A stretch of DNA of 64,000 bases from Pseudovirgaria hyperparasitica. Taxonomy: Eukaryota. Position 1 is the stretch's first letter. Every line of letters starts with the position of its first letter. Positions 11,559-23,480 of the stretch are shown one piece after another. Position numbers and translations under genes: made by a program. The notes beneath the pieces are model-generated. The model was not told where the DNA came from, ran no database searches, and saw only the letters and a list, made by a program, of their open reading frames with translations. Location of the stretch: the NCBI GenBank assembly GCA_010093815.1, contig ML996569.1; one strand, given 5' to 3'.

Positions 11559-11938
11559 CAAATCGAGGTTCTTATATGCGGCGAATGGTGGTTACACGGG
11601 AAGGGAGAGGCTCGGACGAAGCAGCCCGTCCAACGGGATTCTCTCTGGAATTGGAATTCTCGAGCCGCGTTTGATAGGGACGATCATGTATGCGTTTGCG
11701 TAAGATGTTTGCGCTTTGTGTGGTGTCCTATTGTTTCACCATCATCATGCCCTCCACCATCCCGTGAACTGAAAATAGATAGCACATGGATATAGATATG
11801 AATATGGATATGGAATAATCATATATCTGGTACGGTTCAAGTTGAGTAGATATGGTACGCAAGTTACGCAGGACAAGAGAAGGATAATGGAAACGACTGC
11901 GCACAGCTTGTACGCCGGCTGTCACACGTTCTCTCGTA

Positions 11939-11966
11939 ACACACACACACATACACACACACACAC
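11939..11966 (+). repeat. (AC)n microsatellite (interrupted)
   Basis: acacacacacacatacacacacacacac. Confidence 0.85.
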
Positions 11967-14081
11967 CTCATGGTCGGCAAGATATGACGTTAACGTTAAT
12001 TAAAGGAAGCGCAGCTTTCGGACGTTTTCCGCATCGTCATCGTATTTCGGTTTTACTTTTCTTTTTCTTTTGGTCGTCCCTTTTCGTCGCAGATAGACAG
12101 GCGTGTGTGCGTGTATGTGTGCGTGATGTTTACCAGGATCCATCTGTACCTAATTACATCCGGATAGGGTAGGTATAATATGGGTATGGGTATTATCTCC
12201 TCCAGATCGGCCCACTTACTTACTTACTTGTCTCAGCTTATTTGTCTAACTTAATTACTCAACGAGTCAAAAGGAGTAATTACCATGCCTTTCTTTCTTC
12301 TTACTCTATTAATCTGCCATGTTCCCCACTTTATCTTACTTTAGCTTGCCTTGCCTTATGCACGCATCGTCGGAAAAACTCTGGTCTGGATGTATGTATG
12401 TTTGTATGTTTGTTTTGTATGTTTTGTATGTGCATACATAACATAGCCCCGCCAAAAATGCTCACCTACTCAGTCAGAAACCCACTCACTAATTAATTAT
12501 CCCACGAACCCACAAGCCCAAAACCAGTCACCGCGATCGGGCAGCAGAAATAACGTCATGACTAGCCTATAGTTTGGTCGGTACCCAGGGGGCACGCATT
12601 CCCTGTCTGTCTGCCTGCCTGCCTATCTAAACTTCCCTCCCGCCCTCCATCTAGCCGCGGAGTTACCGCCTTACTACCGTTGCCCAAGGGGGTTGAGTGG
12701 GTGGCTAGGCTAGGGATTGGTTGCTGTAGATGGTTTATAAGTGATGTGATTACTCTCGTCTGGGAAATGGATGGATAGGCTGATGGCTAGATTCATGAAT
12801 GGGTAGGTAGGCACGAGATGCTTGCTTCTCTTCGACAACACCAAGAGTGACGATAGTAGGAGCGAGCAGCAGTAGTAGTACAGAGGGGGAATGCTATGAC
12901 GGGGTAGTACCTAATGGTATGAATGGTATGGCAAACTCAAGTCAACCCACGCTGCGCCCCGCACGTCACCTTACCAAGTAGTTTTTTTCTGAACTGTGCC
13001 ACTTTTGCCACTGTGCTACTAGCAAACGATGGAAAGGTTTGTTGGTTAGTACGTTACATGAGAGCAAGAGAAGGAAAACAAAATAAAACATTTTATGAGC
13101 GCGATCTATACCACCCACCACCACTGGCTCCGCATCGACTGCGTGCCTGCAACGTGCCGGTTTCGAACAAAAAAAGGGATGTGAAATGTGGGAACCACAC
13201 AGAGTGCTATGTATGCATGATACTTAGGTTGGGTTTCTCGTTCCGATTTTCTTTTCTGAGGAGAGCGGTTAGCGGTGTTGGGGTTGGGGAGTGGAGGAGG
13301 TTTAGTCAAGAGGTTGGTTTATTATATGCGATATCCTTGTGGTTGAGGTGCGCGTAGTCCGTAGATGTGGTGACGTGACGTGATACCCGCCCGACATCTC
13401 AAACACCGGAGACAAATTTACTGTCATACTACTCATCTTTGCTCGAAAGGTTCCCATTTTACGAGTAGCGGAGAAGACGTTCATGTGCTTATCATGATAT
13501 GAGCAGCATCAAATGCGCTTTTTGCAAGTCGAGCGAGTGTGGGCTCCCGTTCGACCACGACTCGGGGACTCCATCCATAGAGCACGGCGGACAAACATTG
13601 ATGGTTTGGGCTCCACACACAGTCCACAGTAAGCTGCCGTTGAACGCTATAATGGCAGACTGTAAAGATTGCTTGTATCATCCGTTTCCTTTGCGCTGCC
13701 GTGAGAGCTGAAAGGATAAAGGTGACCATACACGGCTAGCTAGTATCGCATCGAATCGAATCCGTGCCGTTGACGGGCTGTCGATCACGATGTTTCATAA
13801 GGCGGGACGGCCGGACGATCGACTGGTTGTCATCATCACTCTTTCCATCTTTCTCTCTCTCTCTGTGTCTTCTACTGACAACAAGCCTTGTTCTCTACAA
13901 CACCGTTTTCACTTCGTGTCATCATCCATGTCGTCCAAGTAGATGCAAAGCGCGCCGTCAACGTCGTCACGCGTGCATCCGTTCGTGCGCTAGCCAGGAA
14001 CAAGAGCGGCGAGGTTGTTATGGTAAATACTACAGCGTTACCGTTGTTCATGGTATCTTCCGTGGCAGCCGTGCGGAGTTA

Positions 14082-14597
14082 ACTGAGGGTTACTCAAGCG
14101 TCCAGCTGTATTATGTATACTATACGAGGCGGCTATTATACGGAATATCTAAGCCGTCTTACTAAGTAATATAGAATAAGCTTAAAGCACGTGTATATCC
14201 GTAGCCTATAAGGTTCAAATCAGTCAAAAACACGTGTAATTAGTGTTGTTTTGAAGCTTGTGAGGTCAAAATCAGTCAAAATCAGTCAAAAGCACGTGTA
14301 ATCAGTGTTGTTTTGAAGCCTGCAAGGTCAAAATCAGTCAAAATCAGTCAAAAACACGTGTATATATGTTATTTTAAAGCCTATAAGGTCAAAATTAGTT
14401 AAAATTATATATATACTATAGAGAGAGAGGAGGAGGAAGAGAGAGAGAGAGAAAGAGAAAGAGAGAAGAATAAGAGGCGGATAGAAGGGTACCGGAGATT
14501 ACTTCGGCTAAACTAATGACTACATGATTACTCAGTAAAGCTTTGTTTCGAACGTTTAGAACACTAAAATACGCTGGACGCTTGAGGAACCCTCAGT
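14082..14597. mobile_element. Non-autonomous TIR element (MITE), probably Tc1/mariner-pogo type, TA target-site duplication
   Basis: Left end ACTGAGGGTTACTCAAGCGTCCAGC (14082-14106) matches the reverse complement of the right end, ACTGAGGGTTCCTCAAGCGTCCAGC (14573-14597), at 24/25 bases. TA at 14080-81 and 14598-99. The interior is AT-rich with tandem repeats and no transposase ORF. Confidence 0.85.
14188..14410 (+). repeat. About 62-bp tandem repeat (4 units, first shortened) inside the MITE, each unit starting CACGTG
   Basis: CACGTG at 14188, 14231, 14293 and 14355. Units contain nested GTCAAAATCA sub-repeats. A GA-rich tract follows at about 14421-14470. Confidence 0.9.
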
Positions 14598-17500
14598 TAA
14601 CTGGCTGTCATGCTGAATTTCCTGCGGCCAAGCGGACGCTGACGGCGGGCGGGGTTATGCAAGCGGATTGGCTGTAGGGGGTGCCGCGTCACATTTTCCC
14701 GCCTACATTTCCTGTCATCTCTGTGGTGGGAATTAGTTTGAGCCAAAGGCATAGTAAGAAGAAGTTAAAGCATCGTGACGTGTTATGACGATAGACGTGA
14801 AGGTAATGTGAATTGATGGCGCAGATGTTGACTGCTTTTTTTTTCTTCTTTTGGAAGGGCGGATAAGGCAGTGCGTGACACCCAATCGATTGTAACCCCT
14901 TTCGACAACACCACAAAAACGAATCAATCAGAACAGAACAAAACACAGCCTGATGTTTGGACTCCTCTGTTTGTTTTTCGTGTTTGGAGCCGAAAGGTTG
15001 GGCCTGTGCGCTGTTTGCAACGTGGGCGCAACGTGTTGGCAGAGAGCGATATGTGGATCTGTTGAAATATCTCCAAACTCTGGCTTCTTATTGGCGGGCG
15101 CAATTACTATATTTGACAAACAGTGGCTTATTTTCAGGCTTCACAACTTTTGTCCAGCTGCCGCTTTTGTTATGGTCCTAGTCGTCGCTTGTAGGAATAT
15201 TGTCATACAGCTCCAAGGCATGGGCAGAAGTGCGAGAGGTTAAGGCCTCCCCGGCCTATACAGGAATGCGGGTTAATTGCAAGTAAGCTCTCGGACAGTC
15301 CGATAATCTACGTCCCGTCTCGCGCCGTGCGTATGGCATTTCGTATGGCATTTGCTTTACCCCGAAGCCACACTTTGAGATGCTGACCGCCGCCTCTAAT
15401 TAGTGGCGAATGATTCTGCTTGAAAATGTTCCGCATCCACTGCGACGACGACGTGCGAGGTCCAGCAGAAGATACATCCTACTTTCGCTCTTTACGCGAA
15501 TGTGACATGAACATAATGGTTTCGGCGCCAGCGTCGATGTCTGAAGCGTGACAGACAGGAACGAAGGTGTTGCGGCACAGTCAACGTGGAGCCTGTGACC
15601 GTACAATGATCCATCCACCTGGGCAACGCCATCGTCAATTTCCAACCCAGACTCTACTTCCGGCGATAAATTAAAGAGAAACACAATTCAGTCTAGAGTA
15701 TCTCATTAGTCCTTGGTAGCTGGAGTCAATGATCCGTAGGTGCAGTGGATTTGCTGCATGGAAAGGAACCGTGATGAGTCTTGCAGGATGCACATTCATT
15801 GGATGCCACGCCGAACGTTGAGATGCAAATGGTTACGTCTGCTATTTGAGTGGTCAAGATGTCTTGCTGTCATTCGTTAAGCCATACCCGTCCAACGGTC
15901 AGTCGTCGCGGGTCAACACTCCAGGACCATATTAGGAAATCTGCTGTATGCTTCAGCAGGTGACGAAGCTTGCTGGTGCGAGCATTCGATGTGAATGCTC
16001 AGCAGGTATGGTACGCACTCTTTACCTCTTGTCGTCACTAAATTGTATCACATAGGTCGACGATTCAGACCGACAGTTAGGCCTCACGATCATCGGTCGC
16101 TCTCCCGACGGGGTCTGTCAGCCTGTCACACACACACTCTTTGAGTGATCGTCGCCACTGGAGAAGCATTGAAGCGGGATTTGTTGTTGATCCAGAGTCG
16201 AGCGCAAAGCTGTGTGGTTCCATGTCCCACTCCACTTCTTGAAGGCGCATCCGCGAATGTTCTAGAGAGAAAAACTGGGTGAACTGGGCCTCGGGAGAGG
16301 GTATGTAATCGATACGACTGGCCCGTCGGCCCCACCAGCTGCTCTCAACGTCGAATCACGAATAATGGACCCGTTACCAACGCCGATGCTGAGCTAATCA
16401 CAGGGATGCAATCAGGACCGATCGTGAGAGTTGATGCGGTTGGGGCTATCGTGTGCAGATACAGACACGTCCCTGGGTCACCAACAAGGTACCATAACCT
16501 GGCTCTCACCGTCTTACTTCTGCATTCGACTTCTGCTGCTGCAGTTATGGAGAGAATCGGGGACAGAAGTGGTTGGACGCCATGCAAGACGGCGCCCGGG
16601 CCGGACGACGGGTTCCTGCGCACGCCGCTCAACATTGGACGAAGATGGTGTGCGATTGCCTGGACTCTGGGAGCGAAGGCAGCGGGACGGTCTCTTGTGG
16701 CGGCCGAAAATCAGCTGGAAACCAGGATCATGCAAGGTACGAAGTCGTGTTGAATCGAAAGGAACTCGCTCCACTGACGTTTTGCTGCCGCTGTCTGCTT
16801 TATGTTTGTCTTACTCATAAGTCATACTTTCCCCTGCCGAAGAAGCAATTTCTTCTTCTACTTCTGCTGGAAATGGTGTGGACAGTTACGGACACAAACT
16901 GCACAGCAGTCTGTAGGTGTTACTTTTTTTCGCCCTGTTCCGCAACCCCGTTTGTAGGATCTGTTGGTGTACTAGGGCTAGGCGATCCCAGCCCCGAGAA
17001 CCCAGCTCTCGGGACCTCAGCAGCCCGGAAGCTCCACTACGAATATTCGTGATATCGAGCGAGACAATAGTCGGAAAAAAAGGACACGAGAGCACGATAA
17101 TTGTAATACTGGACGAGACTCCAGAGTAGCTGTGGAGGAACTAGTTGAAAAGCTCGAGCCGGTGATTGCCTTGAATAATCAGCGACATATGATAAAGTAA
17201 AGCTTGCCTAGTCGTAGGCTCGGTCATCAAGAAAATCTTGCCAGCTGGAGTTCCACATAGCGTAAATGTATGATTGGTCTGGTAGAAACGGGCCTTTCCC
17301 AGATGTGGAGACGGAACACACTCAATTGGTATGAAAAAGCAGTGTTTTTGATTGGGGAAGCTCGCCTCCATTTCCAGGACGGGATAGTCGCTGTGAAGAG
17401 TTTTCTCTGTGGTAGATATTAAGTTGGATCATCAGATGCTGAACAGACGTCAAGTGTCGGTATATGCGGCGGGGAACACGGGAGATTGGGCATGCTCATT

Positions 17501-19227
17501 GCTCTTCGTGATGGAAATGCCGTAATTCGGTCCACTGTATCACCAGGATGATGTTATAAAGCGTGTTCCGGGTCTATGGGTCTCGATTCCTGAAGAGCCT
17601 TGTCATGCAACAACGTAGGGGTGAGTGTGTACTATGTACCTTTGTATCTAGGCATATCGGGAAAGAGGTCGTCTCAGGCCGGAAGAGCTTGCTGCTGTGA
17701 TGCGCAGTACACTTGGTGCCACTAATGGCATCCGAATTCATGCATATACGCAGACTCTATTAGAGCATACATAAGGTGTACACAGTCAGGTATGGCGAGC
17801 AGCGGATGCAGTGCAGAGCGGGCCGTTGGTTGGAGAGTCCACCCACCCACACCGAAAGATGAAATTAGAGGCTGGAGCGTGTATGATAGTAGCACGCACT
17901 ATCGTGTAGCTTCGCCCATGCATGGTGTTTCGTCGTGTGCAGTTTTTGGGTAGTCGACTGTCGGTGTATTATGGCATGTGAGGCCCCCCTCTCGGCGGCA
18001 GCCAGAAAGGGAAGGCTCTGAAGAGTGAAGAGGGTTGTTTTCCAGGCATTCTTGCTTTTTACACATGCGCTTGCTCGTCCAGTCGTTGGGTTTGTTGACT
18101 GGGACATGTAGAAAGTTGATTGTTGACTGGTGACTCGCGCATGGGCAGATCGCAGACCCCATTCGAGCCGTGATTTACTGTGTACTGCTCTGGCAACCTA
18201 ACGCTTCCGACGAGGGGACAAGGACAAGGACAAGCACAAGGGCATGGGCAAGGTTAAGGGCAAACTACTAGAGGGTAAAGAAACTTCTGATTCAAGACTA
18301 TACCTGACGCGGCTAATACTCTGGACTGTCGGGCGGGTATCAAGGTTCCCCAAAGCCCTCGGAGCCCCCTCCCTCCCCGGCCACGGCAGCAGGCCACAGG
18401 AACTAATAACGTTAAAACAGAAAACAGCTGTTAGCGACAGCCCGAAGGAAGGGGAGGAAGGGCAGGGCAGGACAGCAGAGACCAGCCGCTTGTGAGGATT
18501 CGGCTGGCGTCTCTTCCCCCATCAGCAACGAGACGGTAACATGCGAACAAGCTTGGGATTCGAAAAGGAACAAGAACAAGAAAACAGCCCTGGCCTTGGC
18601 TCCGAGACCTCGTCCTTGTATGCAAACTTCTTTCTATTCTCTGCCCGTCCACTTCTCGCTACTTCTCTTCTTTTCTCTTTTTTCTTCCTCCGCGTCCTAT
18701 TCCTCTCACTCCTCACTCCTCTCCTCTCACTTCGTTCAATTCGACATTCGCTTCGAACCCTAGCATCGGCCACTCATACCACCGCGCGCTCGTCCAGCAC
18801 CGAAGACTCATTGCACAACGTCTTTGCGACCGCTCCAGCACTGCCAACTCAGCATTCCCCCCGTCGTCTCACGTGCAACTGCCGCTGCGTGGGGGCTTCG
18901 GGCTGCTTCCCACTGTGTGTGAGAGTATAACTGAGAACGCATCGGTTGGCTCGCGTCTTAAGCGCAAAACTGGCAACTGCACATAAACATTGCATCGCAC
19001 CTGCTACGTGGACTGCCTGTCTCGTGGCACGACTACACTCCTTCACTACTACACTCATACTTCCCCAGACCATAACTCACCCTCGACTATCGCTGTCTTA
19101 CCCCATACTCTCCGCTCACTCGCTGTCCGCCCATGCCACCATCGCTGGCTGCTCGAATCTTATATGGTGCTGGGTTCCTGCCTCTCCATAACGCCATCTT
19201 TGCTCTCCCAGATATCTCCTCACTGCA

Positions 19228-20854
19228 ATGCGCGAACTGCGCCCTCTTCATCTACCGCGCATGGTAGCTTCAAGCCAGCGATCGAGCTCAAACAGTGACA
19301 CCATGACGCACAGAAACACCCATGCCGCTCCCTCCACCGAGTCTTTCCATTCGAGCGCAACGACCGCCTCAGACTGCTCGACACCAATAACCCCGACTTT
19401 CTCTGTACGAGGCCACAATCGTTTTCCTAGCTCCACCTCTTCACTTGGCTCAAGTCCACCTATGCACGATCCTACCGACGCCTCATCAATGTCTGCCAAG
19501 CTGCCGAAGCTTACTGAAGAGCCGCTGGAGAGAGAAAACAGCTTAATGGACGACACTGGTATGCTAGTCGACGAAGAAATGTGTCTATGTAAGTTGCCAC
19601 TATCCTTCAGATTGCCCTCCGTTCACTAACCTTGTTCACCAAGGCGGCGAGACCTACTGCGCCCACCAAGCCTACTCCTCTGCAAACTCGCCCTCAATTT
19701 CTAGGTCTGTACTCAGAGGTAACCACGATTCATTTTTCGGCGAAGAGGACGACTTCACCGCCGTCCATGTTTCCAAACGCAGACGATCCGAAGATTCAAC
19801 CTCGAATGCCATCTCTACCCGCTTAGCTTGTCGCTTTCCCTCCTTATCGCAACGCTGGAAAGATCGGAAACGTGTGTCTGGGCTCAGCATAGCGACTCGA
19901 TCTTACACGCCTTCTCGTGACCCATCAATGGAGCGTTCTTCGTCTCAGACCAAGTCAACTCGTCCGAGTGGAGAGTCTCACCGTGCCTATCCACTTACAC
20001 CGAATGAGAGCTTCACGGCCTTGGCAGAGGAGCCTCTTCCCACTTCCCCAGTCGACATTGTTCACCAAGAAGTCGAGGCGGTGCAAGATCCGATTGACCG
20101 TGAGGCCCTTGCGTCCACCCCGCTACTCCCTCCGACGTTAATGAAATTGCGCGCACCGGAGAATACACCAGTCACCTCACCCTTGCAATCGCCCACTATC
20201 GCTGAATCGTCGGGACATTTTTCTTTCGCCGCATCTACCACCGGCACCCCTCGCATGTCAAATCACGCGCCTACACCACCTCTGTCAACCAAGCCGTCGT
20301 TTTCGTCATTGGCAGCAGCGCGATCAGGACCTACATCATCTAATAGTGAAATCACGCACTTGAACATTGACGAAGAACCGGATGAGTGGTGTCACAAACT
20401 GGGTCATGCCAATTTCACAATCTATCCTGAGCCTTATGTCCCTGACAACTGCGACGCAGTCACGTGCCGTCAATTGTTTCACGATTGGGAACATGCCCGC
20501 CAGAACTTCATGAAGCATCAGGTGCGCACAGGCGAGCACGTCGGCGTCACTTCGACTACCTACAAGCTCACAGAGCAAAAGTGGGCTCAGATTGATGCAC
20601 GGTGGAGATTGTATCATGACATCGCATTTTCCCGGGCAGGTGTGACAGACGAACAGATTGCGGAGTCGTCACCCATTGAACCCGCGCCTTTGGTGAAGCT
20701 ACCTTCTCTTAACAGCAAATTTCCTGGCAAAGGTGACGAGGATATCGTCGGACCAATGGAGGTTGCGGCGCCCATGCAACCTCGTACACCGAAATCCAAA
20801 CTCGCCAGATTCTTCAGCGACATCAAAGTCTCCTTTGGGAGATCCGCATCATGA
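19228..20854 (+). CDS. Conserved fungal Pro/Ser-rich protein of unknown function
   Basis: Exons 19228-19588 and 19644-20854 (intron GTAAGT..CTAAC..AAG) splice in frame. C-terminal block DEWCHKLGHANFTIYPEPY...DWEHAR...RTGEHVGVTSTTYKLTEQKWAQID is one I recall from Pezizomycotina hypothetical proteins. Confidence 0.85.
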
Positions 20855-23480
20855 ACCTGCGGACCCCCGGTGTTTAGATATGTAACATACCCCACGATGA
20901 CGACTCAAAGATACCATTGCTAGTTTTTCGACTGGCTCCGCTCCTTACCATTTTTCTTCATTACGATTTTCTTTTGTCATCAAACTATAGACTAGCAGCC
21001 TACCTGGGCAGAAGGAGTTTTCTCTTGGCGATCTTGAGCGATCAGTGAGCGGCATTTGGCGCATGCAATGGAAAAACTAGGAATATCCGGCAAACCTTAC
21101 CATTCGGATCTTAATCTTTATTCAGCTTATCAGCTCAAAAAGATGTTTATTTTGTTCACTCACACATCATTACATCTCGGGCGGCTGCTTTCAGTGGCTT
21201 GATGCGCGAATCGCGTCAGCATGGAGCAGCGCAGTCAGCACGGACGCCTGAAGATGAGAGGCGAGGTTATCTATCATTTGTGTAACACTACCTGCGCATC
21301 CGCAGTCGTATAGACTGGACTCGAGGGAAGACAGGACTGGATCTCCAAAGAGAGACCTGGTAATGGGGCGACCCAGCAGACAAGGATGGTATAGTCCAGT
21401 CAAATCAAATGAATAACAATGAAATCTACAAGTATCTCCTACGCTGCGAAGTTGCAAATGGCGGTCAACGTAAGAAGCTTGGTCTTCTAGCCTGTCACTT
21501 ATGGAACGTGCCTTTCACAACGCTCCTGTCCATAAAATCAACAGTCCTGACGTGGACATGCAATGCGGCTAAGATGGACCTGTACGAGCGAGACAGACGT
21601 GCATCGACACCGCGAAATCCCATATGTAACATGACTATGCGAGTCATCTCATTCCACTGAACTCTGGCAAAAAAGTGTGGACGTCGGCGATCAAGAAGCA
21701 CGTGAATCACCAAGGCGCACACCGAAGCTCAATCCGCATTTCTATCTCACAAGTGTCACACAGCATTCCCCTACGCATTCCCATCCCCGCATTGTTCTCG
21801 CACCATTTGACGCCTCTGCCTCCACGACCGCCTTATCCTGCATGCAAACGAGATGGTACCGCGACATTAGCTTCGACAACGCCGCTAAGTGATATATGCT
21901 TTTCGAAGTAATATTATCTTCAACAAGTCGTGTATGGAGAGTGAAACGGAAATCTTCGTGACGTTCTCGAAAGGCTGAGCAGGATCCTGGCCGTACTCGG
22001 GGATGCGCGGGGGACCACCTCACCAGCATCGAAGCTGAAAGCATCAACTGTGAAGTCTCGCCGAAACCAGACGTGTTCACCGCATATGACATTCCCACTT
22101 GACCTGCTTGCAATTGCAGAAGACGACGAGTCGAACAGAAGATGTATCCGTATCCCATGGTCGCCGACCTGGAGATGCAGGACGTCTTGCATGCTTTCAG
22201 CGTCGTCTTCTCTTGAGGCCCAACATGACAGGACAAAGCGTCAGTCTTGCAGGCCCAAACATAGAGAGCTGCATATCTTCAAACCTCACTCCACTCCGAC
22301 GATGCGATGCATTGCTGTGTGCATGTCTAGAATGCCCGTGATGAGACTTACATGGTGGATCTGGTCCAGGCATACAAGCCTCGATTAGTTTGACCCGGTC
22401 CCAGATGTGAAAGTACCCGTTCCGGTAGCGAGCTGCGAGCCGTGAGAGAGTAGTATCGGAACAGGGACGAATATACTCCATTCACATCGGTCCCATCAGG
22501 TCCCATCGGGTGAGTTGAGCACATGGCCTGGAGCATGGGAAGTCTGCCGTCGTTTGCGGGGACGACAAGTGAAGGGTTTTGAGGGACTCTTGAGATGTCT
22601 CCTAAGCTCGCTGCTGCCAAGGGGGGTCCACATGGTCTTTTGCGCGCCAGTACGGCTTATCGATGTCGCCTTGGAGGCTTGGAATGATTTGAAATGCACG
22701 CCACAAGCTTAGAGAGGCTGGTGGTCAGTCAGTGGTCATCAGTCAGCGGTTGGGCGATGTCGTCGTGCCGGCTGGTCACGGGGCCCTTGGATGGAAGTTT
22801 GAAGTGACGGGTGTGCCGTGCGAGATGCGAAACAGTCATTAATTAAGACAGATGCCCTAGTATCGGTCGTCATCAGCAGAATGTCACTAACCATAATCAT
22901 TGCTTGTCGGCTGTTCAGGGCATAAATATATTTGTATACACCTACACACTCTCGCAGACCCGCAATTGTCGACAGGAATACATATCTAGGCTGCTGCTAG
23001 AAAGACTGACGTGCAGTAGCTGCAAACGGGAGAACTTCAGCAGCCCCAGCTGGAGAGTGCGCGTGCTGATTGTGACGGTGACGGTGACGGTGACGCCTCC
23101 ACTCTAAACGGCGCGGGAGCAATCGTTGATCACTATCGCTTCCACTGTTTCAGAGTCCAGCCCAGCCTCCTCCTCCTTCAACCTCTCTAAACTCTAAACA
23201 ACACTCCTACGCTCCATAATCTCCCCTTCGTGGCCCACGGGCTGGCTCATCTTTCTTCTTGTTGCATCTTGGTCCCTGCCTGTGCCCTTTATTTGACTTC
23301 GCCTTGTGGTTTTCCTACTGCGCCCCTCGTTTACTCAAGTTCCGCCTGCGACTTGCCTCCAGTGTCGTTGCTTACGATTCCTGCTTTGACTCGAATCTGA
23401 CCGTCAGCGCATACACCGTTATATACTCTTGCGATCTAATCATGCTGAGCGCAACTGAGTCAAATGCTGATCTCTCAGCC

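Noticed and set aside
14188..14410. CRISPR-like or centromere (CDEI) interpretation of the tandem array
   Set aside because: Units are contiguous repeats without unique spacers, the genome is eukaryotic, and the array sits within TIRs.
19133..19267. 44-codon upstream ORF overlapping the start at 19228
   Set aside because: It may lie inside a 5' UTR intron (acceptor-like CCCAG at about 19211), so it cannot be supported without transcript data.
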